From assembly GCA_012295275.1 (NCBI GenBank), contig CM022671.1, forward strand, positions 10,664,001 to 10,728,000: a stretch of DNA of 64,000 bases, in the 5' to 3' direction. This DNA comes from Chrysomallon squamiferum (lineage: Eukaryota > Animalia > Mollusca). Below are positions 39,579 to 53,200 of the stretch, piece by piece. The first letter of the stretch is position 1. Each line of letters starts with the position of its first letter. The translations under genes and the position numbers were made by a program. The notes below the pieces were generated by a model that worked only from the letters and a program-made list of their open reading frames with translations, was not told the DNA's origin and made no database searches.

Positions 39579-40885
39579 CTCAAAAATGTGTTAGTATGAG
39601 CATCAGGATTCCAGTAAGCTCCAAACAGAAATCCAGCGACAGTTTTTACAAACATCTTAGAACCATGCCGACTTATTGCTGGACCAAATGCTAAACTTGA
39701 AGGCAGAGATGTTCGAGTAGTACAAGATGATGAGGAGAACTGATCATCATGAACATCATGATAACCAGTGAATAAGTAAGAACCATCCTCTGTGGAACAT
39801 AATGAAAAACAAATATATATACACACACACAAACACATTATTATTATTATATAAATGCTGTAATAAAAATTATGCCTTTAAAAAAGAAACAGCTAGTGAT
39901 GCCATCAAAACTTGGGTGGACAGAATGACGGATAAGATCAGTTAACTTGTCATTGAAAATGCAAGGAATATTCTACCAAATCAAGCCTTGTCATATATTA
40001 ATTTTGGATTTTTATATTTTATTCTCATTTTATTTATTTTATTTCTTTATTTATTTTCGTTATACGTTTTTTCCTGTCTTCTGGAAGGTACATCTTTCGG
40101 CTGTCATTTCTTATTTAATTTTATTGGATTTGATTACACACATAACTAACCTTTTATATTTTATTACAGAACTTAAAGTTATATGAACACCAAATTTTGC
40201 TAATAATGTAAGTATGTGAAATCATCATTGAAAATAAAATTTGAGTCATTCTTGTACTCCCAAATCAGCAGTTTTTCAGAAAACTTCATTTTAGTTACAA
40301 ACTTGTTCAGGAGTACAAACAAAAGGTTAATAAATCTGTAAAAGGTGACATACTTACTTGAAATACGACAGCTTATGTAGTATTCTTCTCTGTCAATAAC
40401 AGCATTCCAAATCACACTTCTGTTTTGTTTACCAATTACAACTGTTGAACCTGGTGCCTTTAGTCTGTCCAAATTAGGAATAATAGTTTTATATGATCCA
40501 TCAATGGATTTAAAGAAGCTGTTATCCAAATCCACACCCGCATTACCTTTAAAATAAAACATCTTAAACTATTGCTAAATTCTGAGGATATTTTTAAAAA
40601 ATGAAATGAAATAAACATGCAAAAATAAATGTAACTATGTAAATATATGCTTAACAACTATTAGTGTTCAGTAGGTGTCAAATATATTTTCTGTTACCAA
40701 ATCAGAAATATTACCAATGTGATAATATTGGTTGTCAACTCCACTTTGTGTTAGCTCCTCTGAAAATTGGTTATATTCTTCAGATGTAAAAAATGTAGTC
40801 AAATGACCTCCTTGAATAAGACACTGAGCCTGTCCCTTTTCAAAAGTGAACTTTTCTTTATACACTCTAAAGTAAACTGAATAAT
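39579..40885 (-). CDS. C-type lectin-like + F5/8 type C-like gene fragment, right copy open across three exons
   Basis: Exons 40715-40885, 40358-40546 (DREEYYISC, with GAA where the left copy has TAA) and 39579-39789. I identified no start exon; the last donor is non-canonical (GC). Confidence 0.6.
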
Positions 40886-43800
40886 CTGCAAAAGAAACAG
40901 AAACAACCTGTTCTTACATGCAAAAATAAACATTCATTCATGTGCTTATATTAACCTTTCAAGAATTTTTAAAAAATTATCAAACAATATATTCTCCATT
41001 TCTACAAATAACTTTTGGTGCCATAAATAATTTCACATTATAATCAATTTAAAAATATTTTACAGATAAAAATGATTATTAACGATAAATAAAAAAATGT
41101 TATAACATATTTGCATTAACCTTTTATACACTTAAATCCATCACGCCACAATCTAGATCCTTTGAAACAAGTGCAGACTGCAATTTCATTTTTCATTGTG
41201 CATTGATGCTTATATTATTTATCACTTTATCACTAATATCATTAACATCTTCAAATAGTCAAATAGAGAGTGACAGCAGTGTTTAAATAAAACTAATTTA
41301 AAATAATAACAAAATAAATAAATAAAATTGTGATGTTAAAAATGAATAAATATAAACTAATACATCAAAATCTGAAACACAAATGACAGAATGAAAACAT
41401 TTGATGCAGGTTCTTTTATATGATCCATCAATGGATTTAAAGAAGCTGTTATCCAAATCCACACCCGCATAACCTTTAAAATAAAACATCTTAAATTATT
41501 TTTTAATTCTGAGGTATTTTTTAAAAATGAAATGAAATAAACATGTAAAAATAAATGTTTCATGTTATTTTGATTTGATTTTCCATACACTTGATATCAA
41601 TATCTAATTTGGGTTGTTTTCATAGATTGTCTAATATTTGTTAACAGTATCAGGATGTGTTTGTTGGATTGTGTATACGTTGAATAATTATCTGTCACTT
41701 TGTTGTATTATCTACACACTTGTTTACAGCACATGATTCATGTTCTTCTCTTTGAATACACTGGATAACACAATCTGATGAGGTTGTTTTGTCAGACGCA
41801 ATATCTGTTTTAGTTTGTTTTACATGATTATATACACTTGACAGCAATGTGTGATTTTGGTGTTCATAGATCAATTACAAACTGTACAACTATCTAATCT
41901 GGATAGTTTTTAGATAATCCACAATACTTATAACAGTATGTAATTTAGATTGATTGTTTTGCTGGAATATCTAGATACTAGATAACAGTTTCTGATTCAG
42001 ATTAATATCATAGATTATTTACAAAATGGATGATAATACCTGCTTTAGCTTTTTTTGTTGTTTTATCTGCAACTTTACTAAGAATATCTAATTCAGGTCA
42101 TTTTCTTGGATTATCTTCAAATGATAACATTGGTTTCATGTTCTTTTCTTAGATTATCTATAAACTGTTCAACAGTATATAATTTAAATTGTTTATATGT
42201 TTTCTTAAATGATCTACATGTCATAATAGTATCTTCTAATCAGGTTGTTTTGATGATTTATCACACTTCAAAGCAATGTCTGTGTGAACTGACTTTCTCT
42301 TGATTAGACTGTACATCAGTAACTGATTCAGGTTCGCACACTGGACATTATTTTGTTTCGTTGGATATTCTCCACATCATACAAAATATCTAACTTGGGT
42401 TACTTTGCTAGTTCATAGCAATGTTTGATTTAGGCTGATGTTTCTGACATTATGTATAAATTTGATTTAGGCAGCTTTCATCAGTTATCTACAAACTGTT
42501 TAGCAATACCTAATTTTAGGTGATTTTTCTCAGACATTCCACTCAAGATGTAGCAGGTGATTATTTTGTTATCTGTACACAACATAACAGAATCAGATTC
42601 AGACTGTTGTCAGATTATCTTCAAAACAAATACAAAAAAAACCCAAAAACTGAAATCCATCAAAGATCCATATTGTATGAAGAGTCTTTCAAAGAAGACA
42701 ATAATTTATAATTAACAGCAATATATTTTTTTAATGGATGAAATATGGTAACTTTAAATGATTATTCTACATGTATTTAGATGAAACAGCCCTGATTACT
42801 GAAGAAAAAATGCAGAAAAAAGTAAACACTCCAGATTTATAGAACCTCTTTAACAGAACATTTATCCATCTTTTTTCCTTTCTTGTTAATGGACATGAAA
42901 ATGTCTAGCAATATATTCATGATTCTCTTTCTAAATAAATTGGTCTAAGAGAAATAACTTTTACATTCAAATATCACTAATGGGAGAAGTATCTATATAA
43001 TGCACAAGTTAATAAAGAAAAAATGATAAAAATAATAAGAATAAACTAAAAACAACAACAACAACAATAATCAAACAAATGCTAAGTAATAATAGTGATA
43101 AATGAAATCTTTACCGTTAGATGTTGTGTTTACATTTATTATTTTTAAAATTAAGAGAATATTTTGATAGCCTATGTTTTTTTTCTTTTCATTTCATGAT
43201 TTAAGTTGTAAAATAATATGATCTGAAATAATTTAAATATATGATCTATTAGTGTTAATGCATCAGATTTGGGCTATTTGAAAATAACATTTTAACTTTT
43301 GTAAAATACTTTTATTTCTTCTTTTAATAGATTGATTGATTATTCTTTGATTGTAAATTCCTTCCTAAATGTATATTCAAACAAATGTTATTCATTTCTT
43401 CTATGATATCTGTCAATATGACTTGAAGATCATCCCAGTACCAGTCATCAATAGAATAATCAAGTTTGTTGAACATTGATTCATGTTTCATTCATTACAT
43501 TTCATGCAATATCATTTATGAATCCCAGAAATTGTTTTAACAACAGACTGATCCAAGGGTATGACTGTTGTCAAGATTGTCAGTCCTCTTAAAATATTTT
43601 ATGTATAGACGTCAGTGTTTTAGGTGTTTCTTTACTTAACTGACTTTAATGCCAGCATATATTCTTTCACGAAACAATGAAACTATTTCAATTGATGTGT
43701 CAAATCATAAACACATCAAAAACCATTTGTATTTGTTATTTATAAAATTACACACTGTAAGCTGAAAATTAATTTGTGCACATAACTATACTAATAACAA

Positions 43801-44643
43801 CAAACAAGAAATTCAATTAAGCCATTTATTGAAATATTTTCAGTGTAACAGTGTAATAAATACTGTTATGACATGTATATTCTGTAATCTAAGCCAAGTT
43901 TTTACAAAATTTACACTTTATTTTATTGCCCGTAATGCATTTTACATTGTTTCCTACAGATGTTAAACAATTTTAATAATTTTAATAATTTATATTTCAA
44001 ATTTGTATCTTTTTAAAACAATATTTAATTAAATACTAGTACTATTAAACATGCTATAAAAACAAAATGTAAGTTATCAATAAAATCACACATTCTCAAT
44101 GTAAGTTATCTGAAGATAATTAACAATAAATCATACATTCTCAATAGTTTCAATATGGTTTTGTATAAACCATTTACAGTGAGCAGTGCATAGGTTTATT
44201 TTTATATTAAAAATAAAAATGAAAGATATAATACATCTGATGATTTTTCTAAGTACAGAAAAAAATTTAAAAAATCAAAATACTGATAATTTTCTTTTAA
44301 TTGTAAATCATAATAGTTTATAAAAAAAATATTACATAAACCATTCAAATTTACTAAGATTGCTTTTGTTTTTAGTTCAATAACAAAATAAATAAATAAA
44401 TAAAAAATAAAAATTACAAAGAATGTTCATGAGGTATACTAATATAAAACAAATTGTAAATGATAATGAAGAAACAAAGATCACACTTATGAATTTCATC
44501 AACTTTGTTTTATTAAATTTGTTTTATTGACATTGATTTCAATAGATCCAAGCTAGACTTCCAGTAATGGAGAAGACATTGAAAATGAAGTAATAAAAAA
44601 CAAAAAGAGAGAAAAGTGAACTTTTACTTTTCTAATAAAAGAA

Positions 44644-44702
<59 letters not shown>

Positions 44703-47700
44703 TAATAATAAAAATGACAATGAAATGATAACAAAAAGAAAATTCTTAATATTTGTTAACTATGGTTAACTGTGTGCAGAAAGAGAATACATTAAGTATT
44801 CTTTTTTCATGTCTACATGTTTGTGTGCATGTGTGTGTATTTTAATAATTTAATGATTCTAAGATTCTTAGAACATTATTTTTGTAAGTTTGAATTTTTA
44901 ATGCTATTCCACATTTTTCTGTTCTCTTCTTTCTTTTTTCCTAGCTTATTTCTGTGTCTATACATAAACGTTGATGACACTAAGATTTATAGAAATGCTG
45001 CTTGGACCTAAAAATGTCCAGTGATTTGGAAAGTTTTCCTTATTGTTCCTTCAGTGAACTGTTTATACAGAAAAGGATACTGTAACTTGACTTTCAGTAA
45101 GATGGGCAGAGAGAATTTTTACAGAAGCTGTTCATTTTCTAGTAACAGATGAAGAATATTCCTAAAGTAACCCAAAAGTGACAGAACTTTGCTGGGACCC
45201 ATTGGTTTACTAACAGAAATGTGGAAGGAAAATCATATAAACTTAAAGAATTGTGTTTCTGAAAAACTTTAACAGTGAATTAAACCAAGAAGTAATTAAA
45301 AGACTTTGTAGTGAAAGTAAAATTTTCCATAGTAACTTTCAGTTCTGGGCAGACAGAATGTGGCAGTTATCTTGAATTCCCAGAACAGTAAGTTACTGTA
45401 GAACAATATCAAAGAAAGAACGAGCTAAAGAATGATAATAAAATGATTATTGAATGATCCCAGCAAATCAGTGTGGATACATAGAAAGTTAAAACAGAAG
45501 ATTATTGCAGCAAGAACCTAGAGAACAGCTTTAAAACATGGCCTCTGCACTCTACTTTGGTTAGTTAACATCCTGTCATGAATATGGCTTTTTTGTTTTT
45601 GAGTAGAATTCCATAATTCACTGGTGTGGTATATATCATAAACTATCTATTTTTGAAATCTGATTTTTAAAAAGTGAAATAAATCTTATCAGAACATACT
45701 CAGTGTAATGAAAATGAGTCTAAAACTCAGAATCAGACACTGCTGCCCCTTTCAGAAAAATAGTGAATACCTAACAGCAGAAAGGAAATGATATCCACTC
45801 ATTGCATTTGATCAATGAAAACTTGCTATGAGAGAAAGGGGCTTAAATTGCAGCTCAGTGTACTGAACCACCTAAAGTAGTTAGGAACAAGATAACTCAA
45901 GACTTCTAGCTATTATAGGGGTCACTAAAGGTACACAAGAATTACTGTCTTTCCAGAAGCAATCATCTTTACAGAATTCCTGTTACACATTTTAGTGAAA
46001 AGAAGTAAATAAAATTATCATATAGTTGGGGAATGAAATGAACATATTCATATATGTGATAGAAGCACTGAAAGATTGAGTTCAGGAAAACAAATTGAAA
46101 TCTCAAAAGTATTATTTAAGATTGATAAAAGAAAATTTATAATGTAAAACAGAAAAACTAAGACAAAACAAAAACCGAAAATGAAAATGAGCTAACTAAT
46201 ATGAAACTGCCTGTCTGTAATCTATGCTACTAATACATTTTACATTTTGACTTACTATATTATAGGAAATCTGAAATTCAAACCTGAGGTGTGCAACATG
46301 TTTTAAAATAATAACTTCAGGGTAACTTATATTTTTACAAGTTTCAATTTCCAGTAATGGAGAAGACATTGAAAATGATGCAGTAAACAACAAAAAGATA
46401 ATAATAACAATAACAATAAAAATAATAATAATAACAATGACAATGGCAATAATTATAAGAATAAATACTTAATATTTGTTAAATGTGGTTAACTGTGTGC
46501 AGTATTTTGTTTATGTGTACGTGTCTCTGTGTGTATGTGTGTCTGTGAGTATATGTGTGTTTTAATAATTTAATGATACTAAGATTTTGAAGTTTGAATT
46601 TTTAATGCTATTTCACATTTTTCTCTTCTCTTCTTAATTCGACCTTGTTTCTGTGTTTATACATAAACGTTCATGACATTAAATTTTTAAGTATGCTGTT
46701 TGGAACTAAAAATCTCCAGTAATTTGGACAGTTTTCCTTATTGTTCCTTCAGAGAACTGTTTATACAGAAAAGGATACTGTAACTTTACTTTCACTAAGA
46801 AAAGCAGAGAGAAGTTTTGCAGAAGCTGTTCATTTGCATACACTCAGAATTAGACATTGCTTCCCATTTCAGAAAAATAGCGAGTACCTAACAGCAGAAA
46901 GGAAAAGATATCCACTCATTACATTTGGCCAATGAAAACTTATTACAACAGAAAGGGGCTTAAATTGCAGCTCAGTGTACTGAAACCACTAAGGTAGTTA
47001 GCAACAAGATAACTCTTAGACTTCTTACTATTATAGGGGTCACTTAAGGTACACAAAGATTACTGTTTTTCCAGAAGCAATCATCTTTACAGAATTTCTG
47101 TAACACATTTTAGTGAAAAGAAGTAAATAAAATGATCATACAGTTGGGGAACACAAAATGAGAAAGTTGAATGGTAAGATCACAGTTTTTGTTATGAAGG
47201 ACTAAATTATCTTAAACTAAAAGTTTAATAAAATATTACAATTTATAGAATGAATGAACAAAACTTTACTGACGAATCAGAATGTAATAAGAAAGAGAAA
47301 ACTTGACAAACAACTCACAGAACACTGACTGGATTTTGAAATGGCTCAGTCAGAGCATTAAGGAATAAACAGGCTTAAATTATCTACTTTAAACTGTGTT
47401 CTAGGAAAACAACAGGGCACCACCACTGAATTGCCAGAACACAGAAATGAAATAGAAAAATGAGAAAGATAACAGAGTAAGACTGATATTTAAAAATACC
47501 GTTGCATCAGAAAGAAGATGTATCAACAGTGAACTGACTTTAGAAAGATGATCATTTAACATAGCAGTGATTTTAGAAAGATGGTCAGTTGAGACTGCAG
47601 TTTCTTTCAAAAGAAGATAGTCAGTTAACATTCCAGTGAGTTTCAAAAGTGATGCTTTGTAAACTTTAACATACCTTCTGTTTCTAACCAGTGAGATGAA

Positions 47701-48454
47701 ATTAGATAAAAAAATTAACATGTATTCTTGGCTAATTGAATTTTCTATTAAAGATTTATAAACGTAAAACAGGAAAGGACACAAAACAAAAACCAAAAAT
47801 CAAAGAGACATCACAAGTGTGAAACTGCCTGTCTGTAATCTATGCTACTAATACATTTTACATTTTAACTTTTTTTATATTATAGGAAATTCAAACCTGA
47901 AAACAAGTTTCAACAAACCTGAGGGTAATTTATATTTAACAAGTTTTTTAACAACTATTGTGTATAATGGTAACAGTAAAATTTAAACCTCCCCAAAAAC
48001 TTTTCAGTTATTTTGCAAACTAAAAATATCAAAGTTTTAACTCAATGCTTTTAGTTTGCTAATTGCTTTTTTTTCAGTATTAAATTTGATTAAAACCACC
48101 CAGTTAATGAAAAACTAAAATCCATCAAAGATCCATATATATATATATATTATAATATACTAATGAATGAAATATGGTTACTTTAAAATAATTTTTGATC
48201 ATTTAATGTTTAAGTATTTAGGAGAAAAAGCTGATATAAAATACAAGCCAGTTTAATTCCTAGAAATAAGCACACCAGACAAACTTGTATATAATTAATT
48301 GGTTAATAATAGTTTATTTTGTTTTTTTTTTTTTTTTTTCGGGTGAAGAATAAAAATTATATCACATGTTTTAAATGTAGCATTGAAAAATAAACACACC
48401 AGACGGTTGTATATTTTACTTTAAATAACTAATTATTTGTAATGTACCTTCAGG

Positions 48455-48649
48455 ATCTTATTTTACAAATTAAAATAAACCATGGCATAAGTCTTAGCTA
48501 AAAACTAGCAGATAAAACAATCTTATTTTACAAATTAAAATAAACCATGGCATAAGTCTTAGCTAAAAACTAGCAGATAAAACAATCTTATTTTACAAAT
48601 TAAAATAAACCATGGCATAAGTCTTAGCTAAAAACTAGCAGATAAAACA
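48455..48649 (+). repeat. Perfect 65-bp tandem repeat x3 (right arm only)
   Basis: atcttattttacaaattaaaataaaccatggcataagtcttagctaaaaactagcagataaaaca at 48455, 48520 and 48585. Confidence 0.95.
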
Positions 48650-48758
48650 AAAAGTAAAATGTTTTGATACTGCAGTTGACATGCTTTGATATTATTATTT
48701 TTATATTATTATCATCATCATTATCATTATCATTATTATTATGGAACTTTCATACAGA

Positions 48759-49367
48759 TATTGTCTGTATTGAATTGTATTGGAATTTCCAATGCAGCAG
48801 GCAAAGTTTACGAGTTTTGACACCACGCCAGGGACTCGCAATCTTATGGCCTCATTTCAAGCATGCCAGAAGATTGCGTCCTGCTGGATTGGAATTGCAA
48901 TGCAACACAATCCAGAAAATACCCGGAGCACTATTGTCTGTATTGAATTGTATTGGAATTTCCGATGCAGCAGGCAAAGTTTACGAGTTTTGACACCACG
49001 CCAGGGACTCGCAATCTTACAGCCATATTGCATGCATGCCAGAGGATTGCGTCCTGCTGGATTGGAATTGCAATACAACACGATCCAGAAAATACTTTGA
49101 ACACATAATAATAATAATAACAATAATAATAATTATAATAATAATAATAATAACAATAACAATAGCAATAATAATAATAATAGTTATTATTATTATTATA
49201 AATCTAATCTTCATGAAGATACTTTCTGTATTGAATTGTATTGGAACTTCCAATGCAACAGGCAAAGTTTACGGGTTATGACACCATGCCAGCCACTTTC
49301 AAAAACTTTCAGCCATATTTCATGTCCTGCTGCATTGGAATTGTAATACAAACAGATCCAGAAAATA
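48759..49367. mobile_element. Three copies of a ~150-163 bp MITE-like element with ~42 bp imperfect TIRs
   Basis: Copies at 48759-48921, 48932-49094 and 49220-49367. The start tattgtctgtattgaattgtattggaatttccaatgcagcagg pairs with the end cctgctggattggaattgcaatgcaacacaatccagaaaata; termini are TA. Confidence 0.7.
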
Positions 49368-49648
49368 CTCTGAACACATGATCATTTTTTACAAGCTGTT
49401 TTAAAAGTAGCAAGAATTAGCTAAGTAAAATACTTCAAAATGTCATCCAGTACATTATTATTACTGTTATGTTCTCTTAAGGTTATTAATTATTAGAAAT
49501 AAGCACACCAGACAGTTGTATATTTTCATTAACCTGATTATTTGTGATGTAAAATCAGTTACTTATCATTTAAAAAATTAAAATAAACCTTGGCTTAAAA
49601 CTCAACTAAAAACTAGCAGATAAAAGGATAGCCAAACTCTCTTAAGAA

Positions 49649-49808
49649 GTAGGGCTGGGAGACTGACTTTTGTCTGGACTCTCTCCTTTGACCTTTCCGA
49701 CATGGTTAGACCTATCAGGAGCTGATACTCCAGCCGGCATAGCTCTCTGGGTCCTCGAGACTCTCAAGCCACCCCACCACAACAAGGTACCAGTCTCATG
49801 AGGGTGGA
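49649..49808 (-). mobile_element. Mirror copy of RTE 5' end fragment
   Basis: Reverse complement of 7655-7815. Confidence 0.6.
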
Positions 49809-50257
49809 TGAATTAGTAGTGATATACATATTTTTAAAAACATTACTTATGGTTAACAGTACAATGTTTAGAAGCACATTTATGTGAATTTTTACCCTGC
49901 TGATTCTTTGACAGAACTTCTAACTTAATCTATTTTAACCAGCACCAATTAAATAAATAGCTTACAATGAGAGAGAAAAGGCTGTCTAGGTCTTTTTATA
50001 TATTATAATAATAACTTTATTCAAATTAAATCTAGTCACAATATATCAATATTTAATACATGATCAAAACTTTATTGTAATGTTTTATCTAAAATAAAAG
50101 TAACAATATTAAATTCAATATCTAAAATAATGAAGATGGAATAATCAGAGGAAAGTTATGTCACAGGATGATTTAAATGTATAACTTGATAATTTTTAGA
50201 AATAAGCACACCAGAGACAGATGCCTAGCTAGTTACTGATAATGTAACATAGGTAAT

Positions 50258-50288
<31 letters not shown>

Positions 50289-53200
50289 TTCATTGAATTA
50301 AGGTTAAATGTGACCTTTGTCTTTTTTAACCAGCATTAAATGTGAATGAAGATTTAAATGATTTTTAATAAAGGTGACAATTGGTGGGAATATATTCAAA
50401 AAGGTAAATGGAAACAATAAAATCCCAGAAAATATGAATGACTAAGATACAGATGCATTAGTTCTGAAGTTAGTTTATATCTTTTAAATTGGTTTAATGT
50501 TAAATGTTAGGAAAAACCAAGTACAACTTGTACCTTCTTAAGACATGACACAAACTATGTATTTATAACCAAATTGTTTCATCATTTATATATTATAAAG
50601 AAATAAAAAATTAACTTTGCTATAAAAGGGAAAAAAATTAATATTTAGTCATTTTTCTTTTTGTAATAATGGCAGTTTGGTAGCTAAAAAGAGTTATATA
50701 TAGTGACAATAAACATGAAGATCTACATCATTATACCACTAATATTACTTTTTAGTTATTAGAAACAAGCTCATGAGAGTAAGTTGTATATTTTCAATTT
50801 TTGATGTATTTATTTTTTTTTTTTTATTATCTTAATTGTCGTTGCTGATGACAAGAAACTACTTCGTTATTTGGCAATATTTTATTTTATGTGCATCTGT
50901 CTAGTAAAATGAATTTATTGTAGAAATTAAATGAAATAAGCTCACCAGACAAAACTGTACATTTTAGCTTATTACCAGTAACTGGTATGATTAGTTGTAT
51001 TGAGACATAAAAACCATCACTCAGTATCACGGCACTGGTCTCAATCTGGGTGGATGCAATTACTGTTAACATTTATTATGTCTTTAAAAGAAGTCATGTG
51101 GTAATAATAGTTTTGAAGCAAATGCAAATATATTTTAAACACAATATAAACGTTGAGCTGCATGTATCACAGCATGATATTTTGTGTTATTCTTTAATTG
51201 ATTTATTAATTCATTTGTCTGTTAAACAGAAAAGCTTTGTAAATCAGTATGTTTATCAAAATATTTTATCATACCATTAAATTATATTACAGAAAAATTT
51301 AAATATCTCTCAGGCAGCTACTTTAATTGATTGATATAATCCCAAAATTTATAGTTATTACAGTTGAATTTTATCTCTAATACTTGTTACTTATTAGGAA
51401 TAATCACAGGAGACAGAATTGTAAATTTGAAATGATGACACCTAGTATTTTAATAAGGTTAATTTAGTAATGTTACTGGATCAAATATAGAATAATTAGA
51501 GATAGAGATATTCTTAATTATTTAAAACATCATAATAAAAAATGAAAACTTGTCCATTTAATTGTTAAAATTATTTACTGTTAGTAATACACAAAAGAGT
51601 AAAAGACTCCAAGCTCCAAATTCTACAAAGTGTCTTAAGCAGAAGTTTCCTTTATGAAGATGTGATTTTAACCAACTGATTTAATTTATTCATTTAAACA
51701 AAGGTTTTGTGTTTTATGTTACCTAAACTGAATTTTATAAAAAAATAAACATAACATTAAAATTTATTTTTTATGAAAATTTTATTTTTATGTTTTAATA
51801 CGGTATTTTAAAGTATTGTAGTAACATCAATCAAAGGATAATATGATGAAAATGACAACAGTTAGGGAATATGTCTATAGAATATAAATCATGTACTACA
51901 CAGTGATTAGATATATTCACATCAGACAAAATTGTGAATTTTAAAGCACTGACATCTACCTGCTATAAAGTGATTTTTTTTGTTAACAGCAACATTCATT
52001 TATTTTGTTTTAATTATCATTTTTTAACCACTTTAGTATAATAAATATTAAAGAAATGCCTAATTACTGATATTATAATGTGACTATGTTAATGTTAGAA
52101 ATATTCGTTAATTTGAAACAAATGTTTACTTGTTTTATTTTATTTTATTTTGTGTGTGTGTGTGTTTTATCCAATCCAATGCAATAAATATTAATTAATC
52201 TAGATAATTATTTTTATTGTAACAATTATGGTTATTTTAAGATATATTTGTTAACTGAAAGCATTTTTTTTTTTTCCAACACAGTAATATCACTATGAAA
52301 ATATAGTAGCTACCATAAATTAAATGTAATAGTGAAAAATTATATGACAACTTAAATAATAAGATGAATGCAATATTTGTCAGTATTAACTTTAGTAACT
52401 TTAATCAAATGATATTATGACAAAAATGAAATATGAAAAAACAAATATATCACGGTAGCATAGAAATCTTAAACTTGTTGGCAATTTGAAATAAGCACAT
52501 CAGAAAAAGCTGTAAAATTTAAACAATTAACACCTAGTAACATCTTTTAATATTAAAAAAATAATTTCATGGAATATATGTATTTTAACCTCTCCAAATC
52601 AGTATATATTACATAACCTAGCTCATTACTGAAATTGTAATATTGTTATTTTAAAATAGGAAATATTAGTTAATTTGAAGCAAATATTATATGGGGAATT
52701 TTACCATTCCAATACAATAATTATGATTACACGGTTTAGGCATGTAAGATTTCACCAGATAATTATCAGTAATTTAATATGGTTTTTGTCATAAATAAAT
52801 AAATAAATTAAAAAATGCAAAACTGAAATACTAAATTCAAAGATTCAAAACCATGCCACCATCATCCTATTCACTGGAGGAAAAGTGTCATATTTACAGA
52901 TTAGGGATGTTAAATTCTGGCTCTCACTGTTCTATGTGCTTAACAATTAGTGCATCATAGTAAGCACTTAATAAGTAAAATGCTAATACTATAAACATAC
53001 TTATGTTCTAATAGATACTTATCAGACTGAATCTTAATGAGGAGACTGGTACTGTACCACAGTTAAAAGTGAAAGCTCTACAATGATCTGTCTGCCCCAC
53101 AGGAGTAATGAATTTGTTCCAGATTATTCTCTGGTCATTCACTGCTACTGCACAGAGCATCATAGAGAAGACAGAATTGTGCTGTAATTCTCTGGTGATC

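Noticed and set aside
48664-49123. Overlapping ~100-aa ORFs with internal repetition
   Set aside because: Explained by the tandem MITE copies.
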